NCBI GenBank assembly: GCA_043779265.1
Contig: JAYWEM010000001.1
Span: 19,717 to 83,716, forward strand
Direction: 5' to 3'
Source: a bacterium
Lineage (GTDB): Bacteria > Eisenbacteria > RBG-16-71-46
Length of the DNA stretch: 64,000 bases
The first letter of the stretch is position 1; each line of letters begins with the position of its first letter. Position numbers and translations under genes: made by a program. Positions 1 through 8,480 of the stretch are shown piece after piece. Under the pieces are notes generated by a model. The model saw only the letters and a list, made by a program, of their open reading frames with translations. It had not been told where the DNA came from and did no database searches.

Positions 1-126
1 TCCGGCGGGAGCCGCCGAGACTTCTGGGGGACCGCAAGCCCGAGCCGGAGCGCTCGGGTCTGCCGCCTTCCGGCGAGTGCCGGTCGGCAACGCCACCCCC
101 GCACGCCCGCGTGGAGAGCCCATCCG

Positions 127-486
127 ATGCAGATCGAGGATCGTCACGAGGGCCCCGTGCTCATCGTCAAGCCGATGGAGCCGGCGCTCGACGCCTATGC
201 CGCCGGCAGCTTCCGCGACCACATGGCCGGGCACATCCAGAGCGGAGATCGCCGCATCGTGCTCGACCTGTCGCAGATCCAGTTCCTCGACAGCACCGGT
301 CTCGGCGCCATCGTGTCGAGCTACAAGCGACTCGAGGGTGACGGCACCGTGGTGATCTGCCACGCCGGCGAGATGGTGATGGATGTTTTCCGACTGACGC
401 GCATGGACCGGGTATTCCCGATCGTCCGCAGCGAGACCGAAGCGGTGAGCCAGGCTGGCCGCTACGAGATCCGCCGCGCCGCCTGA
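127..486 (+). CDS. STAS-domain anti-sigma factor antagonist (RsbV/SpoIIAA/HsbA-like)
   Basis: 119 aa with the motif 'IVLDLSQIQFLDSTGLGAIV' including the phospho-acceptor Ser, and 'VFRLTRMDRVF'. Ends RRAA. Confidence 0.93.
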   Translation: MQIEDRHEGPVLIVKPMEPALDAYAAGSFRDHMAGHIQSGDRRIVLDLSQIQFLDSTGLGAIVSSYKRLEGDGTVVICHAGEMVMDVFRLTRMDRVFPIVRSETEAVSQAGRYEIRRAA

Positions 487-508
487 CCCACGCTTCCCCC
501 GAAGCCAC

Positions 509-545
509 GAGCGCCCGCGCTCCCGAGAGGGAGGCGCGGGCGCTC
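509..545. terminator. GC-rich hairpin between convergent genes (likely bidirectional terminator)
   Basis: gagcgcccgcgctccc-gaga-gggaggcgcgggcgctc, with an outer inverted pair gaagccac/gtggcttc. Confidence 0.7.
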
Positions 546-573
546 TTCGTTGCGATCGGGTGGCTTCGTTCGC

Positions 574-3500
574 CTACGGAGTCACGACCACCGACCGCGT
601 GGCCGTGAACTCGGAGGCGCGGAGCCGGGCGTAGTAGAGCCCCGAAGCCACGCGCCTGCCGCCCGCTCCGACGCCATCCCACGTGAACCGGTAGCGTCCT
701 GCGGGCCGCTCCTCTCGAACGATGGTGTGGATGATGCGTCCCTGCGCATCGAGCACCTCGAGCCTGACCTGGCTTGCGCGAGGAAGATCGACCGCGAACG
801 AGACACGCCCCGATGTGGGATTCGGCAGCGCCGGGCCCATGGCGAACTCACGCGGAAGGTCCGGATGCTCGACTGCGTTCCGCGATGAAGCCGTGGTGGT
901 GGTGTTGCTGAAGTGGCCCGCGACCTCGAGGAAGAATCTCCTCGTCAGCCCCTCGACCGGCGCCGGCGCGGCGAACAGTGCACTCGAAGGACTCTCAGGA
1001 GAGAGCACCAGCCCCTCACCATCCTCGGAACCGAGCGCGGCCACGTTCTCGAGCCCATCAGCCTGTAGCGCCTCGAGGAGATGCGTGGTCGTCGATGGAG
1101 CCAGCGAGCTCGCGAGGATGCGATCGAGCCCATGAACTCGTGTGGACTGGTCGGCGACCAGCCGAACGCGATCGCCCGCGATCGCCCCGATCCCGAAGGT
1201 GTCGATCTTCCGTCTCGGATGGATTCGGCGGATCGTCTGCCACGCGCCGCCCTGTCTTGCCTGGATGGCGAGACCATCGCCTGTTCCGGCCGAGGCGCGC
1301 TCGCACCGAAGCGCGAGGCCCCGGGCTTCTGCGGACGCCGGCCAAGCGAACTCGAGTGCCTGCCCCGGTGCCATCAGCACGCCGTCCTCGGGCGAGCGGA
1401 AGAGGTCGCCGAGACTCACTCCCGACTCATCCAGCACGACAGTCGGGGGCTCTGCAGTGCCAGCGAGGATGCCATCGGCTGTGGCGACCACCAGCACCTC
1501 GGCCGGGTGATCCACCACATGGAGTCGCATGGCATCGATCAGCGCACCACCTCGTGCCGAGGTGGTGAGTCGGACGGCGTAGCGCTCGCCGGTGGCATCG
1601 AGCGAGAGATCCGGCAGGCTGGCCAGTTGACGAGCCAGTGTGCCCGGCTCCACACCGTCGAGGAACGTGTTGCGCTCGGTGAGATCCGATTGGGACGGCA
1701 ACATGGAGAGGGCCCCGGCTCCACCGCGCCAGCTCAACGGATCCCACTCGCCACCGCCACCTCCGCAGAATGGCTGGCAGGGCGGCACACTCTGCTGGAT
1801 CGTGATCTTCACAACGCGAGTGTCGACGTCGCCGCTCCCATCGGTGGCCCGGATGATCGCGTAGTGCACACCCGCGGCGGGCTGGGACCAGATGAACTGC
1901 CCGTTGTTGATGGCCGAGCCGGCAGGAAGCGAGGAGTGGACGAAGGAGACCACCTCGCCGTCGGCGTCCGAGGCGTTGACCGCGAACGTGAGGGCGTTGG
2001 CGGTCTCTCCCGTTTGGTCGGGGACAGCTAGGACGGGGGCATGATCGTCGTGGATGCGCTCGATCCACAGATCGATGTCGCCGCTCGACCGATGTCGCCG
2101 TTCGTAGGCGAAACGCTGTCCGCTCTTGGACCAGGCCGGCCTGTCCTGGAAATACTGCAGGTGCTGCGCGCGATAGAACGTGTCCCGAGGGGCGGACAGG
2201 GTGTCGAGCATCGCGACTCGCTGGGCGATGGTGCCCGCGGGACAGCCGAGGAGCGGGTTATCGGGCGCAACGGATGCTCGATTGTTCAACGGTCGTCTGT
2301 CGGCGATGAGAATCGGCCCACCTGCAGGATGCGGGTCGAACCCGGTGAGACCGAATCCGATCGCAGGCTCCTCCGTGAACTCGCCGCCCCAACTCCAGAC
2401 GCCGTGCAGCCTTCCCCCCTTGCCCTCGAGCGGCATGAGGATCCGGGTCCCGTCGGCGTTCCATCGCGGCTTGGTGAAGGAGATATAGGTTCCGATCGTA
2501 TCGATCAATCGATCGCCCTGTCCGTCCAGCCCCACCCAGCGAAGGTAGGCGAGTTCGCTGTTCGGGGGGATGTGAACATAGGCGACACCCCGCCCGTTGG
2601 GCTGGAATGCGGGCATCGTCGCGTGTCCGGGCTGAGTCGAGATCGCATAGGGGCTCGCCGACGTGTCCGTCGTGGACCGTACGTAGATGGCCCCGGTGGA
2701 TCCGATCATCGCCTCGAATGCGATCAGGTCGCGAAGCGGGGACCAATCGGGAGCGTACTGCTTGAAGTTGGTCATTCCGGTTCCGACGAGACGATGGGGC
2801 GAACCATCCATCCTTCGCCGATAGACCTTCGGCAGGGGTGATACGGAGAGGTCGGTGGCGCTGTACGCGATCTCATCGGAGTTCCAGGACCACGCCGGCA
2901 GGGCATCCCCGAACCCCGCCACCGCGCTGATGGGACCCGGAGGGGTGTAGGTGGCGCCCTCCGGGAGCAGCCGAACATCCAACCGATAGGGCACCCGCTC
3001 CCCGTATTGGGTCCCGAATTCATTTCCGCCATCGAGGGTCCCCGACTTGCCGTCCGCCAGAGTCAGCGTGAGGAACGCCGCCTTGTGTGTCGTGCCGAAC
3101 TCGGGCACCACGATCGAGATCCTGCGACTGTCGAGCGAGTCGGTGCAGATGCTGTCGAGCGCGGTCGCCATGACCGCGGAGTTCGGGTAGCGGAACAGGT
3201 CGGACTCCTCACCCCCTCCATCGATTCGGTCATAGCCCACGACATTCGCGAGAATGCGAGCGTCCTTGTCCAGGAAGGTCCCGCCCGCGACCACATCGCA
3301 GGAGTAGCACTCGGTCGGCGTGATGTTCACGACGAGGGTCCTCGCGGTGCCGATGAGGCCGCTTGATGGCCGGATCACCCAGTGATTCGCGGCGTAGGGC
3401 GCGAGTGCGAGCGGCATCTCGGCGCCGCGGAAGCTGCGAATTCCCACCAACGTGGTCTCACGGTCGACCTGCGCTGAGCCCAGTTCCAGGATCGCCGGGA

Positions 3501-4821
3501 TCGCGACGATGTCGTCCTCGTCGCAGCCGTCGATCGACTGCCAGGCGCGCAGATGTCGTGCGGGCGAGAACCCGCTCCACGCGGGGTAGCCGAATTGGCT
3601 GTCTGCCAGCGCCGCATTGCCTACGAAAGTGGCGACGCGCCAGTTGTGCAGGAGAGCCCCGAGTCGAGCACGTCTCCCCAGCGGTCCGGCAGGAGTTCTG
3701 AAGTAGTCCTTCGATCGGCAGGTCACGCAGCTGTCGTCGGTCAGGAACGTGCCGAGGCCGTCGAGCGAGGCGTATCCAGCGCTTTTGCGCCACCGGTACA
3801 TCAGGTCGTCGCGCATGCCGGAGAGCGTGCGAGCAGTGTCCGCGTTGAGGAAGTTGTAGGCGAGATAGGCCATGAAGGACGTGCGGCCCTGGTAGTTGGA
3901 GCGGGACCAGCGATTCGTCCAGCCTGATGATCCGCAGCCGATCGGATTTCCCTGCGAATCACGGAGCACATTGAGGTTGTTGGCGAGAAGCGGCCAAGTG
4001 TAGGGCACCTCCGCCGTCGCGGTGGTGTCGAACACGCCGCCGACCACCTCGGCGCCGGCGGACCATAGTTCGGAGTAGGACCCGGCGCGTGCCGCTCCGG
4101 GGAGGGAGTGCTGGAGTTCGTGGTTCCAGTTCAGGCGGTGGAGCCCGTGGAGCCTGGTCCAGCCCTCGCCGTCCAGGTCGATGGCGGCCGCCGAATGCGG
4201 ACCCGTCACCTGCATCGAGTTCGCAGGCCGTACGTCCCCGTTGGCTCGGCCACTCGAGGCATCCTCATCGAGCGTCGTGAAGTCGGAGGGATAGGTCCCG
4301 CCTGTTCCCACGCGAGAGGGATGAACGAGATAGCCGTCGGCATGCGACCGGTCCTCGTTGGTGAACGTGCTCGCGCCGGTGATGTCCCCGCCATAGCCGA
4401 CGCGGACCGCGGTGGAATCGCGCGGGTTCGTGGGATTCCAGTCGCTTCCCTGACGACGGAAGTAGTCGTAGACCACCTGGATGTTCCGAGCGTCAATGGC
4501 GATGGGGCTGCCGCCGAGCGCGAGCAGGGCAGCCGTGAACCCGTCAAGCGTGGCCCGGACCTCGAACGAGAGTGTGTCCGGGTACATCGAGTCCCAGAGA
4601 TGCTCGACATCGCGAGCGGTCAGATCGATGCCCTTCTGCCCGGTCCGATGCGGATGGAAGGTCTCGACGCTCGGAACTCCGCCCGACGTGGTCTGCGTCG
4701 AGTCCGGGTTCGCTCCGCACGACTCGACCCCCGAAGCCTCGAGTCGAGCGGGAAGAAACACCAACGTCGCGATGAGCGCTGCGAACGCCGCATTCGCCAT
4801 GATCGAGTGGGTCCGCCACAT
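574..4821 (-). CDS. Large secreted multidomain protein: HExxH metallopeptidase-like region, TolB/PD40 beta-propeller, Ig-like domain, C-terminal FlgD-Ig/T9SS-like tail
   Basis: Start reassigned to ATG 4821 (GGGGGTG upstream; signal peptide MWRTHSIMANAAFAALIATLVFLPARLEA). Contains HELQH, repeats PAWSWN/PDWSP/PAFQPNG/PRWNADG/PAWSKSG, 'ASDADGE', and the tail 'PNPTSG...WDG...VASGLYYARL'. Confidence 0.8.
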   Translation of the reverse strand: MWRTHSIMANAAFAALIATLVFLPARLEASGVESCGANPDSTQTTSGGVPSVETFHPHRTGQKGIDLTARDVEHLWDSMYPDTLSFEVRATLDGFTAALLALGGSPIAIDARNIQVVYDYFRRQGSDWNPTNPRDSTAVRVGYGGDITGASTFTNEDRSHADGYLVHPSRVGTGGTYPSDFTTLDEDASSGRANGDVRPANSMQVTGPHSAAAIDLDGEGWTRLHGLHRLNWNHELQHSLPGAARAGSYSELWSAGAEVVGGVFDTTATAEVPYTWPLLANNLNVLRDSQGNPIGCGSSGWTNRWSRSNYQGRTSFMAYLAYNFLNADTARTLSGMRDDLMYRWRKSAGYASLDGLGTFLTDDSCVTCRSKDYFRTPAGPLGRRARLGALLHNWRVATFVGNAALADSQFGYPAWSGFSPARHLRAWQSIDGCDEDDIVAIPAILELGSAQVDRETTLVGIRSFRGAEMPLALAPYAANHWVIRPSSGLIGTARTLVVNITPTECYSCDVVAGGTFLDKDARILANVVGYDRIDGGGEESDLFRYPNSAVMATALDSICTDSLDSRRISIVVPEFGTTHKAAFLTLTLADGKSGTLDGGNEFGTQYGERVPYRLDVRLLPEGATYTPPGPISAVAGFGDALPAWSWNSDEIAYSATDLSVSPLPKVYRRRMDGSPHRLVGTGMTNFKQYAPDWSPLRDLIAFEAMIGSTGAIYVRSTTDTSASPYAISTQPGHATMPAFQPNGRGVAYVHIPPNSELAYLRWVGLDGQGDRLIDTIGTYISFTKPRWNADGTRILMPLEGKGGRLHGVWSWGGEFTEEPAIGFGLTGFDPHPAGGPILIADRRPLNNRASVAPDNPLLGCPAGTIAQRVAMLDTLSAPRDTFYRAQHLQYFQDRPAWSKSGQRFAYERRHRSSGDIDLWIERIHDDHAPVLAVPDQTGETANALTFAVNASDADGEVVSFVHSSLPAGSAINNGQFIWSQPAAGVHYAIIRATDGSGDVDTRVVKITIQQSVPPCQPFCGGGGGEWDPLSWRGGAGALSMLPSQSDLTERNTFLDGVEPGTLARQLASLPDLSLDATGERYAVRLTTSARGGALIDAMRLHVVDHPAEVLVVATADGILAGTAEPPTVVLDESGVSLGDLFRSPEDGVLMAPGQALEFAWPASAEARGLALRCERASAGTGDGLAIQARQGGAWQTIRRIHPRRKIDTFGIGAIAGDRVRLVADQSTRVHGLDRILASSLAPSTTTHLLEALQADGLENVAALGSEDGEGLVLSPESPSSALFAAPAPVEGLTRRFFLEVAGHFSNTTTTASSRNAVEHPDLPREFAMGPALPNPTSGRVSFAVDLPRASQVRLEVLDAQGRIIHTIVREERPAGRYRFTWDGVGAGGRRVASGLYYARLRASEFTATRSVVVTP

Positions 4822-4951
4822 GTGCACACCCCCTGTGCTTCGGGCTCTCGAGCCCGTGTCCTGCGAACGGCTCCCGTCATCACGCGGTGATTGCAGGAAT
4901 GCGAGATGCCGGAACGAGTGAGCTCGTTCGCTAAGACGAAATATGGCTTTC

Positions 4952-4962
4952 GGGGGGGGGGG
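4952..4962. repeat. G11 homopolymer in the divergent intergenic region
   Basis: cgggggggggggc read directly from the sequence. Confidence 0.9.
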
Positions 4963-4985
4963 CAAGGTCAAGTAACATCTCGAAC

Positions 4986-6728
4986 ATGTGGTGTCTGGGC
5001 GTTGGACTCTCGACGGGGCGGCGCTCGCGGCGAATCGCGCGGCTGGTGCTGACCGCTGTGCTGGCAGGTTCGGCACTCTCGCCTTCGGGAGCCGACGCGC
5101 TCCCCAGTGGCAGGGCATGGACACCGATCGACACGCTTCGGATCCATGGCCATCCGTACATGGCGGCAGAGAGGCTCGATACCGACTCCGCGGATGACCT
5201 GCGACTGATCGTCACCGGACAGTACGGGCCGGGTGATGGCGCCTACGGGATGAAGTGGGCGGACAGCGCTTGGGTCGAGACGTGGTCGGGCATCCTGGAC
5301 AACTACATCATGTGGCCGACGTCATCACCGCGCGACGAGCGAATGCTCGTCTGGAAGACCACGGTGCCTCCGGTGGGGCGGCGGAGTCACCTCGTGACGG
5401 CAACGGCCTTCGGCGACTCCATCTCGGCGCCCGATACGGTGGCGGTGTGCGATGTCGAAGCCTTCATGTACACGGGCGCGGTCTGGGGCGACACGCGGTG
5501 GGTCGCGGTGCGGGACCTGGACAACACGACGCTTGGCTTTCCCTTTCATCTGCGAGTGTATCGCTCTCGAGCCTCAGAGCCGTGGACGCTCGTTCGCGAC
5601 GAACACCTGGGCTTCTTCGGGGTCCGGGGCATCGCGATGAGAGCGCTGGACTCCACCCGTGTCCTGATCGTGACCGCGAATCCGGACTTTCGAGTCCACT
5701 GGGGGGTGCTAGCGGACACGAACTGGAGCGTCTCGAACTCGGCCTTGAGCGCCCAGGCGCTGGTGAACTCTCCTCAGTTCAGGGCGAATCCGGATCGAAG
5801 CGACTGGCTTGTCTGGGCACAAGGCGATCGTGGGATCTACGCGAACCGCCTGAGTGGAGAGGCCTGGGTCCAGACGGACACCCTACTCTCCGCCTTTCCC
5901 GACGGCTTGCGCTGGAACTTCTTTCAGCCCTACGTGAGCAAAGACTCCCATCCGTATCCCGCCGTTGCCTGGCACGGATTCAGCGACGCGAAACTCATCG
6001 ACCACGTCTGGGTCGCGTTCCCGAACGACTCGGGCTTCGGTATCGGTGAGAAGCTCGATGGCACGGCGTTCGGCTACTTGCCGCAGGTGGCTCGCGACGA
6101 GAACGGCGACGTATGGGTGGCATTCTCGCGTGATCTGGCGGGGGCGTTCTGGCTGCACACCCATGCGACCGCGACGACGAGCGTGCCGGAGGTGGTGGAA
6201 CTCGGTGGCCGGCCGCTCGTGCGCTGGTCGCTCAGCGTGCCGAGCCCCGAGACATGGTGGGCGGTCGAGCGAGCCGTGGGGTCTGGCGAGTTCGAGGTGG
6301 CGGCGCGCGTGCGAGCCACGGACGAGCAGGCGATGCAGTGGCATGACACGACGGGGCCAATGGATCAGCCGCTGCGCTATCGCATCCGCCGCGAGAGCAA
6401 GGACGTGCGGTATCGGTGGTGGAGCGAGGAGGCGGCCTGGGAGGTGCGCGGGCCGGTGCTGCGATTGAGCCGGGCGGGTGCCCATCCGGCGACCGAGGCG
6501 ATCGAGTTCGAGGTCACGGGAGCCGCCGCGGGCGCGCTCACCATGCGGCTGCACGACCTGCAAGGGCGGCTGGTGCTGACCCGGCCGATCGTCGCCGCGG
6601 GCACGGCACACGACATCGTGCGCGTGCCCTTGGCGGGCACGTCGCTGCGGCCGGGGCTCTACCTGCTCAGTGTGCGGGGTGGCGACGGACGCAAGTCGGC
6701 CGGCCTGAAGGTCGCGGTGGTTCGCTGA
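4986..6728 (+). CDS. Secreted beta-rich hypothetical protein with C-terminal T9SS/FlgD-like sorting domain
   Basis: N-terminal hydrophobic stretch (LVLTAVLAGSALSPSGADA), Trp-rich beta repeats, tail 'LHDLQGRLV...LRPGLYLLSVR'. Exact start uncertain. Confidence 0.7.
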   Translation: MWCLGVGLSTGRRSRRIARLVLTAVLAGSALSPSGADALPSGRAWTPIDTLRIHGHPYMAAERLDTDSADDLRLIVTGQYGPGDGAYGMKWADSAWVETWSGILDNYIMWPTSSPRDERMLVWKTTVPPVGRRSHLVTATAFGDSISAPDTVAVCDVEAFMYTGAVWGDTRWVAVRDLDNTTLGFPFHLRVYRSRASEPWTLVRDEHLGFFGVRGIAMRALDSTRVLIVTANPDFRVHWGVLADTNWSVSNSALSAQALVNSPQFRANPDRSDWLVWAQGDRGIYANRLSGEAWVQTDTLLSAFPDGLRWNFFQPYVSKDSHPYPAVAWHGFSDAKLIDHVWVAFPNDSGFGIGEKLDGTAFGYLPQVARDENGDVWVAFSRDLAGAFWLHTHATATTSVPEVVELGGRPLVRWSLSVPSPETWWAVERAVGSGEFEVAARVRATDEQAMQWHDTTGPMDQPLRYRIRRESKDVRYRWWSEEAAWEVRGPVLRLSRAGAHPATEAIEFEVTGAAAGALTMRLHDLQGRLVLTRPIVAAGTAHDIVRVPLAGTSLRPGLYLLSVRGGDGRKSAGLKVAVVR

Positions 6729-6731
6729 TCT

Positions 6732-7169
6732 CTACGCCGCCAGGCGCTTGGTCATCGCCAGGGTGTTGCGGCCGGCGGCGGAGCGATACTCCACGTGATC
6801 CATGATCGAATGGATCAGATGCAGTCCCATGCCGCCCTCGGGCAGGTTCGCGGTGTCCGCCGGGTCGAACTCGAATCGCGGCCGCTGCGGCCCGCGATTG
6901 GGAGCGCCCGCATCGCACACTTCCACATTCAGTTCGTCTCCCTGATGCACGAACGACACCATCACCACGTGCCCGGGTTCGAGGCGATAGGCGTGGCGGA
7001 TCACGTTGTTGATGGCCTCGACCAGCGCCAGTTCGACGAGCGCCGAGGCGCGCTGCTCGAGGCCCGCCTCGATGCACAGCGCCTTCAGCGCGCGTGCCGC
7101 GAACTGGACCTGGTCGAGCCGACTGTCGAGTCTCAGCTCGATCCGCCGCGGCCGGGGGGCGTTGCTCAT
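6732..7169 (-). CDS. Anti-sigma factor Ser/Thr kinase (RsbW/SpoIIAB-like HATPase_c)
   Basis: 'ELALVEAINNVIRHAY', 'VCDAG', 'EGGMGLHLIHSIMDHVEY'. ATG 7169 overlaps the upstream stop (ATGA). Confidence 0.9.
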   Translation of the reverse strand: MSNAPRPRRIELRLDSRLDQVQFAARALKALCIEAGLEQRASALVELALVEAINNVIRHAYRLEPGHVVMVSFVHQGDELNVEVCDAGAPNRGPQRPRFEFDPADTANLPEGGMGLHLIHSIMDHVEYRSAAGRNTLAMTKRLAA

Positions 7170-8341
7170 GCCGCCCTCCGCTCGAGCCCGAGCAGCGTGA
7201 CGTCGTCGGGGAAGTGGTCGCTCGCGCTCCAGGCGCGCAGATCGTGCTCGATCGCCGAGACCGTGGCGTCGAGCGAGTGCGAGCAGCCCTCGCGCACGGC
7301 CTGCTCGAGCCGATCGATCAGGAACGGCCTGCGCTCGGCGTTCGGACACTCGGTGACGCCGTCGGAGTAGAGGAACAGCCGATCGCCGGGGGCGAACGGG
7401 TGCGTCTCCTCCTCGAACGTGAGTCCCGGCAGCATGCCGATCGGGAATCCCGATTCGCCGATCCGCTTGAGCTCGCCGCCTCGCGCCAACACCGGCGAGG
7501 GATGTCCGCCCTGCGCGATCGTGAGTTGGTCGGTCTCGGCGTCGATCAGCCCATAGAGGATCGTGAAGTACTTCATCGAGTCGACGTCCGCCTGGAAGCG
7601 GTCGTTCAGTTCGGCGAGCACCTGCGCCGGCGGCAACGGCAGCATGCGCCCCTTGGCGGTACTTCTCAGCAGCAGGCCCTCGGGCGACAGCATCTTGCTC
7701 AGGGAGAACGACAGCATGGCCGAGGAGACGCCGTGGCCGGCGACATCGAGCAGGTAGAAGGCGGTGAATCGCGCGCCCAGCGCGTGCACGCCGAATACGT
7801 CGCCTGCGACCATGTTGGCCGGATGCAATCGCCACGAGGATCGGACCGCCGGCCACTCCTGTCCTGGAGGGGGTAGCAACGTGCGCTGCAGACTGGCGGC
7901 GGCCTCGAGATCGGCGCGCGAGGACTCGAGCGCTTCGCCGAGACGGCGGCCGCGCTCGGCGAGATCGCTCTCGAGTTTCAGGACGCGCTCGCCGGCTCGC
8001 ACCCGGGCTCGCAGTTCCTCGGCTTGGAACGGCTTCTCCATGAAGTCATCGGCGCCGGCATCCATTCCCTCGACCAGCGCGGCGACACCGCTGCGCCCGG
8101 TCAACAGCACCACGTACGTGTAGCCCGAGCACTGGCCGGCGCGGATACGGCGCGTCAGTTCGATGCCGTCGACGCCGGGCATCATCCAGTCGCTGATGAC
8201 CATCCGGAACGGCTCGCTCTGGTAGAGCGCCCAGGCCTCCTCGCCGTCTCGCGCGACCACGACCTCGTGACCCCATTGCGTGAGGGTGCGGGTGAGGATG
8301 AGCCGGATGACGGATTCATCGTCCGCGACCAGGATGCGCAC
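7166..8341 (-). CDS. Response regulator with REC + PP2C/SpoIIE phosphatase (RsbU/RsbP/HsbR-like)
   Basis: GTG start; 'RILVADD...SDWMMPG...KPF', then 'AGDVF', 'DVAGHG', 'LYSDGVTE', 'DDVTLL'. Confidence 0.92.
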   Translation of the reverse strand: MRILVADDESVIRLILTRTLTQWGHEVVVARDGEEAWALYQSEPFRMVISDWMMPGVDGIELTRRIRAGQCSGYTYVVLLTGRSGVAALVEGMDAGADDFMEKPFQAEELRARVRAGERVLKLESDLAERGRRLGEALESSRADLEAAASLQRTLLPPPGQEWPAVRSSWRLHPANMVAGDVFGVHALGARFTAFYLLDVAGHGVSSAMLSFSLSKMLSPEGLLLRSTAKGRMLPLPPAQVLAELNDRFQADVDSMKYFTILYGLIDAETDQLTIAQGGHPSPVLARGGELKRIGESGFPIGMLPGLTFEEETHPFAPGDRLFLYSDGVTECPNAERRPFLIDRLEQAVREGCSHSLDATVSAIEHDLRAWSASDHFPDDVTLLGLERRAA

Positions 8342-8424
8342 GCTCGGGCCTCGCTTGCCCAAAGCTGGGCGGCGGGATAGGGATAGGGGGCGCCTCGTGG
8401 CCGGTGGGACCGGCCCTCTTCTGA

Positions 8425-8452
8425 TTCTCGGTCGATTCGGCGCGCGGCTTGA
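8425..8452 (-). promoter_or_regulatory. Putative sigma-28 (FliA) promoter of the REC-PP2C/kinase operon
   Basis: Minus strand TCAAG-N15-ACCGAGAA, about 85 nt upstream of the start. Confidence 0.55.
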
Positions 8453-8480
8453 GGCTTCGAGAACCTTGCAGGGAGGGCAC

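Noticed and set aside
4822..5124. N-terminal extension of the 1516-aa ORF
   Set aside because: It overlaps the divergent gene and runs through the G11 tract; the signal peptide and RBS support ATG 4821.
7170..7856. 374-aa version of the anti-sigma kinase, suggesting a PP2C-kinase fusion or frameshift
   Set aside because: The extension is an alternate frame of the PP2C gene; the ATGA overlap indicates two normal coupled genes.
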